Shown: positions 52,935 through 64,000 of the stretch, in pieces
Layout of the letters: the number at the start of each line of letters is the position of its first letter
Position numbering within the stretch: the first letter of the stretch is position 1
Source of the DNA: Amoebidium appalachense
Taxonomy: Eukaryota; Protista; Ichthyosporea
Direction of reading: 5' to 3'
DNA length: 64,000 nucleotides
Assembly (NCBI GenBank): GCA_963693365.1
Contig: CAVNZM010000001.1
Location: 4,542,907-4,606,906 of the forward strand
The notes under the pieces: model-generated
What the model was told of the DNA's origin: nothing
Databases searched by the model: none
The model's input: the letters and a program-made list of their open reading frames with translations, nothing else
Program-made: the position numbers and the translations under genes

Positions 52935-55740
52935 TTACGGAGAACTTTGTAGTGTTTGCGCACCCCATGACTACAATAATTTCTCGGAATGCTTGTTGGT
53001 ATGGCTTATTTTGCACTTTACGGGTTCTGGCACCGGGAGGCCATAGGCCTGAGCCAAGAAAAACGTCAAACTTGTTACAAATGCGTGCCAAAGATGCATA
53101 CTTTAAACGTTCACGTTGTTGCTTTTGCACCACAGGTGCATTTTTCGTTTGAGAAACATTGACATCAGCTTTCAAATTCGTTTTTTTCGGTACACACACT
53201 TCAAATAACCCTTTTAGCATCTAGTTACCACAAACAGTTTCGAAGAAACGAATAAAAACCAAACAAATCACCCCTAATCCGAAAACGACAAATGAGTGTT
53301 GCGCAATGTACAGAAACTGACCAGTGGGCAGAAGGTACTTTAACGTGTAGTGTTTCTGCGTGATCGTACCGGGCCTGTGTTTGTGTTGACTTGGGTGCGT
53401 GTGCGTGGAGGAACACCATGTGTGATGTGGTTTTCGAAGCATGCACGTGTTTGATCATTGCAGAGAAACACATTACACTTGATGCAGTAGGTATGTGTCT
53501 GGTGGCGTTCCCCTTTGTTCCTAAAGCAGAGAACGCATCTACCTTTTCTTTCTTTTCTGGCACGCTGGTGTCCGTGTAGAGCATGGGGGGCAGGAGCAGC
53601 AGGGGGAAGGGGGTATTCTAGTGCAGGCAGGTGGGGGTTGCATATGAGTGCTTCTGCTAGCTCACGCCTTGTGTCCATGCTCGTGTTTGTGGATTTGCCA
53701 AAGTATCTGTATGCAAAGTGTACGTTTGCTACTACAAACCCCAGAAGCCCCCCAAAGGTGCGGAGTTGGTGACGTTTAGTGCCCAAGGCTTCGTCCACAG
53801 AGCCGTTTAACATTCGTGTTTTGTTGAATATATCGGCCATGTTGTAGTTTTCGAAGTATTCTTCGACTGCTTTCGGTTGGGGGACGTCATTTCCGTTTCG
53901 TGATTTTCTCGGTTGACCCGGCTGAGTACTTGAACATGAGGTGATCACTTTCATACTGTAGTTCTTGTTTCTCCATAACACCGCAACGAGGTCTACTCCG
54001 TCCACACTGCACACTGCCTCCGACCATACACCACGTCCTTCCTCACATAGAAGGTCCAACATGTTGAGGGGAAAGTCTCTGGTTGCGGTTTTGACATTGA
54101 AAAGTGCGTAGAATCCGATTTTGTACACTTCCCTTGTCCCGGTTACTGACCCAAACCAGCTGTCTCCGACGATCGTTCTGGGGTTACGGTGGGTGGGGTT
54201 GGCCCTTGGGGTTAGAAGACGCAAGGTGGTGCCTGTTCCAGCTCCCAACTGTCGGTACGGTTTGCTTGCCATCCTAAGCTTCCCCTCGTTCATTTCGAAG
54301 TTAATGAGTATGTTGGTTACACAGTCGTGTAGAGTTTTTATTTCTTGACCGAGAGGGTGGGGTTTTCGTTTTATATAGATTTGGCACGGAAGGTTGCAAT
54401 GATAGCTGGCAAAGATGGCCTCGTCTTCGCATAATTCATCCCCGGGCTCGATAGAGCAACGGCACCGACTCTGCAGTGCTTCCATGAAACCGCGTGTGTC
54501 TTTCAGTGGATCATCCTCCGGATATTGAGTGATGTCGGTGACGGTAAAGCAGGCACGGATGTTTTCGAACCGGTGTTCGGTCATGAAGCGGGCAAAGTCG
54601 TGTACGGGAAATATGTGGCTTGGGTTCTCTGCTGCCGACGTCCAGTAGTTCGATCTCGAGCCGGGTTCGAATGTTCCAGCCATGTAAATCCACATACCCA
54701 ACCACCTAAGTAGCTCACCCGGGGTTAAGTCAACCCAATTTTTGTAACGTGCACGACCTACTTCGTTTGTGAGTGGAATGACTGCTGTGAAGAGATACTC
54801 CATAGGCATGAAGTGTTCAAACAAACACAGAACACTCTTGCGCTTGTTTAGTGCTAGTGGAATGGTTGGTTTTCTGCGTGGGCCTGTTCTTTTGTCAAGT
54901 ACTTGCTCATCTGGAATGGTCCATTGCAAGGTGCACGTGGGGTCGGTGGGGGTAGGTAACTCTACTTGTTCATCTACAAGTTCTATCTCATCTTCATTCT
55001 CACTGTCTGTGACAGGAATCTCTACTTGTTGGATGTCTCCATCTGGATCTTCGTCACTATCACTCTCTAGCTCGCTACTTGTGTGTTCACTGTCTTCTTC
55101 ATCTATTAAAGTTAGCTGATGGCGCAGAACTACTTCTGTGGTACCGTCAAAATCAAACTTTACTTTCCATTCACTGCCTTCGTTTGTCTTGCATCGTTTC
55201 ACTACTGTGCCAACCAGTATTTGTGTGTCCCAACTCAGGCCGAACTTCTTGTAAGACCAACGTGTGGTGTCATCTGTGAAATCTTCCCCCTGAACCCCGT
55301 CAAATATGTATGCAAAACAACAGACACGAGCTCCAGAATAAAGTGACTCTATTGGGTCTAATGTTTTGGCCATGTTGGGCGCTCATCTTTCACATGAAAC
55401 CCATGGCTTGTTGTGTTCGCGGACTCAGCAAGTTTCGTCCGTTTGATCATGAATCATGTTGTTGTCGAGCATGAATTCAAAAACTTGCAACAGCGTCGGC
55501 AACCAATAAAAGCTAGGGAAGGCCTTGTTAGTTACCGTACCAAAGACAAAAAAGGTGTAAACTTATGTTTTCTTACTGGCTGTACAAAAAAAAGCGGGCT
55601 CCTGGGCCCCAATAGCTCGCGGTATCCTTCCGAAACAAGCATTCCTAAAGTACTGCGGTCAGAGTACTTATGGCCGCTAAGTTCTCCGATCAGAGTACAT
55701 TTCGGATGCATCAGTCTAGATGCAGTTTCTCCGGGTTATC
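52935..55740 (-). mobile_element. piggyBac-superfamily DNA transposon (approximate limits)
   Basis: Transposase ORF flanked by imperfect inverted repeats: CGGAGAACTT (52938) / AAGTTCTCCG (55679) and GGAATGCTTGTT (52986) / AACAAGCATTCC (55634). Microsatellite-free. No canonical TTAA-CCC ends found. Confidence 0.65.
53340..55373 (-). CDS. piggyBac-like DDD transposase (DDE_Tnp_1_7) with C-terminal Cys-rich domain, 677 aa, intronless
   Basis: LFEHF, LTPGELLRWLG, MTEHRFENIR, CEDEA, YIKRKPHPLG, VGDSWFGS, Y..MADIFN; C-terminal RCVLC..YCIKCNVFLC..CFENH. Confidence 0.95.
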   Translation of the reverse strand: MAKTLDPIESLYSGARVCCFAYIFDGVQGEDFTDDTTRWSYKKFGLSWDTQILVGTVVKRCKTNEGSEWKVKFDFDGTTEVVLRHQLTLIDEEDSEHTSSELESDSDEDPDGDIQQVEIPVTDSENEDEIELVDEQVELPTPTDPTCTLQWTIPDEQVLDKRTGPRRKPTIPLALNKRKSVLCLFEHFMPMEYLFTAVIPLTNEVGRARYKNWVDLTPGELLRWLGMWIYMAGTFEPGSRSNYWTSAAENPSHIFPVHDFARFMTEHRFENIRACFTVTDITQYPEDDPLKDTRGFMEALQSRCRCSIEPGDELCEDEAIFASYHCNLPCQIYIKRKPHPLGQEIKTLHDCVTNILINFEMNEGKLRMASKPYRQLGAGTGTTLRLLTPRANPTHRNPRTIVGDSWFGSVTGTREVYKIGFYALFNVKTATRDFPLNMLDLLCEEGRGVWSEAVCSVDGVDLVAVLWRNKNYSMKVITSCSSTQPGQPRKSRNGNDVPQPKAVEEYFENYNMADIFNKTRMLNGSVDEALGTKRHQLRTFGGLLGFVVANVHFAYRYFGKSTNTSMDTRRELAEALICNPHLPALEYPLPPAAPAPHALHGHQRARKERKGRCVLCFRNKGERHQTHTYCIKCNVFLCNDQTRACFENHITHGVPPRTRTQVNTNTGPVRSRRNTTR

Positions 55741-56158
55741 TAGGGGCCGGGCCCGTTGGGATTGTCTTTTAGCTCAGATTTGGTCTGCATTGCTCTTTTA
55801 GAGGCTGACTTGCTTGCTGTGCCTCGGTAGGTTTTGAGGGGGGCATGTTGGGAAGCAGCAGTAATGATTGTCTTCTTGCGGAGTGTGGTCTGGTCAACAT
55901 CGATGCATATGACTAGTTGGAGCAAACTAGTTTCACGCATACACGTACACTTAAGGTTTTGCCCGCTGGTGTCCTTTGTCACTTGTCGCTTTATTTTTAT
56001 TTCGTAGCTTTGGCTTTTTCAGTTCTATTGGTGGTTATGTAGCCTGTGGCTGCACGTTGCCTTCATTAACGGATCAATAAAACCGAGTCAAAAGAAAAAT
56101 ATATCCTGCGCTCAGAGGCGGGATATATCACATCACGTCCACCGTCTTGGGGGTATTA

Positions 56159-56523
56159 TAGGAGTTATCTATATGTGTTGTGGGGTTTCCACTAGGGAGT
56201 TTTGCTGCCAAAGGCTGCCAATCAAGCAAGAGGTAAACAAGCCAAAAGAAGTAATGAATGAGTACAATAGCCATTAAATTTTGGGCAGTTGGATTTCACA
56301 TCGAACCAATCTGCCAAGCTCCCGCCACATACGCCTTGGTAGTTTTAGGAGTTATCTATATGTATTGTGGGGTTTCCACTAGGGAGTTTTGCCGCCAAAG
56401 GCTGCCAATCAAGCAAGAGGTAAACAAGCCAAAAGAAGTAATGAATGAGTACAATAGCCATTAAATTTTGGGCAGTTGGATTTCACATCGAACCAATCTG
56501 CCAAGCTCCCGCCACATACGCCT
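56159..56523. repeat. 178-bp near-identical direct repeat (period 187 bp)
   Basis: 56159-56336 and 56346-56523 differ at two positions that I can see. Confidence 0.95.
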
Positions 56524-56938
56524 GGAAACTACCAATCACTCAAGTTCCCGCCTGGCAGGCAGGCGGTTTTGACAGTTGACACATTTGCAACTTCTTTTCA
56601 TCGGTATAAAGAGTGGTTTTTGGGCTTTCTCGGTCAGTTCTCCCACTTCAAGCACGTTTACTTTTTGTGAAACCAAGCGTTCTTAACCACGCGCAGTCAT
56701 GTCTGCCGCCGCTTTCTCTAGATCTATGGCGGCCGTTATCGGCACTGGCGAGAGTGCCCCCGTCGAGACCCAACATGCAGATGGACACCAGTGCTGTGCC
56801 TGAAACTGTCGTTGTTCCTTAAGTAAACCAGCAAGTCGCGGCCCGGGCCCAACTCAACGCGTTGTTCGCCTCCCAGTCGGCCAATTTGCCCAAGGGTGCA
56901 GCCATTGAACGGGCACGCAAGATGCAGACGAAAAGCCG

Positions 56939-57053
<115 letters not shown>

Positions 57054-57135
57054 CGTGCGCACACGTGTATTCGCCTTAGTTATTCGGGTGATAAGCTTAG
57101 TCAGTAAGTTGTCTGGACTGGATCATACTTGGGCC

Positions 57136-57320
57136 TGATAATCAGGGCACAAATAGGATACTTGTGATATATCTTTTGATATTCAGGGAGGTTTTCAGGA
57201 TATGTTGAGATGATACTCAGGGCATTCGCGAAAAAAAAAAACGGGATAATCTGGGGCCTTTGCGATATTTTCGTGATATATCCAGGTTGATACTCCGGGC
57301 GAAAAACAGGATATTTTCAT
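57136..57320. repeat. Array of degenerate (T/G)GATAnTC(A/C)GGG motifs
   Basis: TGATAATCAGGGC, TGATATTCAGGGA, TGATACTCAGGGC, GGATAATCTGGGGC, TGATACTCCGGGC plus shorter GATAT units. Confidence 0.55.
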
Positions 57321-57967
57321 AAGGCCCTAGTTTAGAGCCAAAAGCGCGGGAAAAAGTAGCCAATCGATGTTTGCCATCATGACATCATAATGCGCTCATT
57401 CCTGGTGACGCACTAATGACGTAACAGTGTTGGGTGGTGCCGATTTTTCCTTCCCTAGTTTCGCAGCTCGCAGTCTTTTTTCTTCGCACCCTTCCTTCTT
57501 CGAATTCGCAGCAGTCATTTCGCGTACACAGATAAGCATTGTCATTACTAGCGAGACATTTCTGCTGAGGCAGGAAGGAAATTCAGGCACCATCTCAGTA
57601 GGTGGTAGGAGAGAAGCCGTCAGCTATGTTCTGTTGGTATTTACAACGAATAACCTAGTTCTGTAAACCCAGATACACATACACACACATGCACACACAC
57701 ACACGCACACAAACAACACGTTACTCCAGGGAGCTTTCTCGTCTTCGCTTTACCCATGTGCTTATATATTGGGCAACACGGTAGTCTTTGACATACACCA
57801 CGAGCAAAGACTTGGTTCATTACTTTAGCTTTGGCTCCAGTGATTGAACAAGCACTCGAATTTTTCAGCGTCTTTCTTCTGGTTGAAGGCCTGGACAGGG
57901 AGCCTTGTGAGAACGCACACTTGCAGTACCCAGGTCCTTGTAGGCGGTAGAGATATTTCGGAGCAAC

Positions 57968-61269
<3,302 letters not shown>

Positions 61270-61299
61270 CTGCACCTGTGGATATGCACTTTTGAGGCT

Positions 61300-62077
61300 A
61301 TGAAGAGGGGAGTTGGCGTGGAGGTGGGGGGGGGGGGGGGGGGGGGGGGGGGGAGGAGGGGAGGGGGGGGGGGAGGGGGGGGGGGGGGGCGCAGGCGGTG
61401 TGGGTGTGTAGGGGTAGGGGGCCGGGGAGAGGGTGGAGAAGGAGAAGGTAATGGGTAGCCGGTTGAGGGTTGCTCGCAGAAATGGGGGGGGGGGGGGGGG
61501 GGGGGGGGGAGGAAGAGTGGGGGGGGGGGGAGGGGGCCGAATTCATGCGGAGTATGCAAGATAAGTGTCACGGTGTTAGTGCGACATCTACTGCTTCTGC
61601 TCTGGAGGGGACCCCCGGGGGGGAGGGAGAGGGGGGGGGGGGGGGGGGGGTAGTTTGAATGTATGTAGCCTCGTTTGCAGGGCCTTCTATTTAGTTCTCG
61701 AACCCCCATAGTATCTTTTCTCATAGTATCGTTTCTTTTTACTTTCGAAGCGTATTGTATGAATATCCTCGAAGGCTCACGTTGATCATGAAAATAAATT
61801 CACCTTGTGGTTCGATCAAACATAGGTGGAAGCTGAAAAACTAGAGGAAAGTATTCGAATGAATCAAAAACAACCGGGTGTGTGTTCCGAGTGTTCTGTG
61901 AGCACCAGCGTGAGCACACCTGGAACAGCCCTCGAGTTCTCGTGAACATAGTATACAAACATGCCTCACCTCTGTGCCGGTTGTCTTGCATTGCTACCGT
62001 CTGTAACACCGGGGAGGAGGGGTGGCCATGGGTGGTGGTGGTGGTGCGCGCGCGTGTGTGTATGTGTGTGCGTGTGT

Positions 62078-62108
<31 letters not shown>

Positions 62109-63659
62109 GCGGGGGCAAAAACCACTTTTTCAAGGGAGTACCATGTTTCCATTGTTTATCAGCATCGGGTATTCACGTTTGTTTATCTTCCCCCTTCACT
62201 CTCGGATACGGAGGTTGATCACATCTGACGGTCACTTCTCCGTTCACATGCAATCATCGGTGACTTTAATTGTTCTATTGCACCGATCTCCCAAGTTCAC
62301 TCCACCATCCCACTCACCGGGTTTCGTCCCTACAATAACCGTGCTCGTACCATTCAGCAGTTCTCCATTGCATGCTACCCTCGCCTTCCGCAGATTGAGG
62401 CTACTGATCGTACGGACTGGTGTGCTTCCATTTGGGCATCATCCGTTCGTTTTTCTCCACTTTCCGATGTTGCGCTATCTACTGCGTCCGACCACAAGCC
62501 TATTGTCATTCAAATTCCACTCCTGTTTCTCCACACACTGTTCGTGTAACTAAACGCCTTAATCCTCGCAAATTCAAGAGTGAACTCAATTGGCTTGGTA
62601 TTCAAAATGCCTAAAAGGAGATTCACCTCACCCTCCTGCAGGCCGTGCAGGATGCTCGACAGCGGAGGGACCCGTATCTCCTTGAGGTATGTTATTCTCT
62701 CAGAGTCTTGTTGATTTTCTATTTGAATTAGGTGGTAGTGTGGTCGGTAGTGTCGAATATCCCTATGTTCGGTTACGACCATCTCTCACCTTAGACCACT
62801 TAGGCCAAACGCTTTCCCACGATTCTTGTATTTCTACTCTCAAGAGTCTACGCCGTTTTGGCCCTTCCATCACTATTACATGTAGTCCTGATAAACCCGA
62901 CACCATCACTTCCACCGATGACTATTATTCCGAATTATTCCACCTTAACTCTGCTCCTTCCACGCACCCTTCATATTTTTTATTCTCAACACCACCCTCC
63001 TGGCCGATTGATTCTTCATTTCCAGGCAAATATTTGAGCTATTTTAATGCTGCGCACGTCCAACGTGCTATTTCTGCCCTAAAACCCAAAAAGGCATGTG
63101 GTCCGGATGCTCTTCCACCCGCCCTTCTTAAGGCATTGTGCTCTCCGCCCGTTATTACCAAAGGCGGGAATACGCCTCCTCCTCCACCGTTTGCATATTT
63201 GGTGAGCGAGTTCTTCTCCACCTTTTATGAGTTGGGCTTCATTCCTTCGTCGTGGAATGACACTCTTGTTAATCCAGTCCGCAAGAAGGTCTCTACTGGT
63301 CCGCGGATTTCTTCTTTTCGGCCGGTCACCTTAACCAACATATTTCGTCGCCTATTCGAGTCCTGCATATTGCGCGCCTTCCACAAGCATGAGACCTTAT
63401 CCAATGTCTTTCGATTAAGCAACATTCAGGGCGGGTTTCGGCATGCTTATTCGTGCTATGCTCATGCTCTTCTTTTACACGACACTATCCGTTCGGGATG
63501 TCGGGAGGTTTGCTTCATCGACCTTAAGAATGCCTACGACACGGTTCCGACGAATTTGCTTTGGCATAAGTTGGCGACTCGAGGGCTCCCACTTCCCTTT
63601 GGTCGAGTACTTGAGTCGAGTACTTGAGGTCGAATACACACACACAAACACAGACACAC

Positions 63660-63695
<36 letters not shown>

Positions 63696-63717
63696 ACACG
63701 CATACACACACACGCAC

Positions 63718-63751
<34 letters not shown>

Positions 63752-63996
63752 CGAACACACACACACACACACACACACACCCACACACACACAGACCCAC
63801 ACACACACCTACACCTACACCTACACTAAAAAATTGTGGAACAGGCGCCACACCCTGGTGTAAGGCCGTTCTAACGTGAGGGTTCAATGTTAGCAGGCAT
63901 GCATGGGTGCGGATGCAGTTGTTGTCAAGAGAAAGCGAGGAAGACCGCGGAAGATTCGGGATGACACCAGCGGTGGACAGCCTGGCTCCAATTTAG
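61300..63996 (+). CDS. 5' end of an AT-hook-containing protein (continues beyond the window)
   Basis: Exon 63897-63996 (CTAAC branch point 63871, TAGCAG acceptor, GTAT donor) encodes ACMGADAVVVKRKRGRPRKIRDD. It is in frame with mini-exon 61300-61323 (MKRGVGVE/gtgggg); start could alternatively be ATG 63903. Confidence 0.55.
62130..63627 (+). mobile_element. Decayed, 3'-truncated non-LTR retrotransposon (LINE) with RT N-terminal half
   Basis: ORF 62689-63627: KACGPD, IPSSW..V.KK, FRPVTL..FRRLFE, QGGFR, FIDLKNAYDTV..LLW.KL. Upstream frames carry stops and shifts, and an SDGH resembling the APE SDH motif. No YADD present. Confidence 0.9.
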
Positions 63997-64000
63997 GTAT

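Noticed and set aside
61270-61302. ASNSD1 start (MCG) downstream of the ASDURF-like ORF
   Set aside because: TGT GGA is present but has no in-frame ATG, and the frame stops within a few codons.

Overview
Eukaryotic, intron-rich genomic window (GT-AG introns filled with poly-C/poly-G and (CA)n/(TG)n tracts). The organism cannot be named, but the gene set suggests a unicellular, possibly opisthokont/holozoan-like protist (inference). Almost all ORFs in the supplied track are microsatellite artefacts. Manual splicing recovers: the 3' part of an SLC10A7-like transporter (+), a reticulon (-), a plant-PIN-like efflux carrier (+), a glycine-rich cold-shock-domain protein (+), an FHA-RING E3 ligase (+), a SUT/SLC45-like sugar transporter (-), a degenerate Rho-like protein split over two frames (-), an intact piggyBac transposase (-), an ASDURF-like prefoldin microprotein (+) followed on apparently the same transcript by an AT-hook ORF, and a decayed LINE. 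Top observation: a dispersed intronic repeat family ending in poly-C. Three copies (6466-6555 -, 13745-13834 +, 29429-29518 +) carry all three hammerhead-ribozyme core strands with covarying stems, but in the order GUU-strand, GAAA-strand, CUGANGA-strand. That order is not a circular permutation of types I-III, so this is a candidate pseudoknotted or rearranged hammerhead. All protein identities come from my recall of family motifs, not from database searches.
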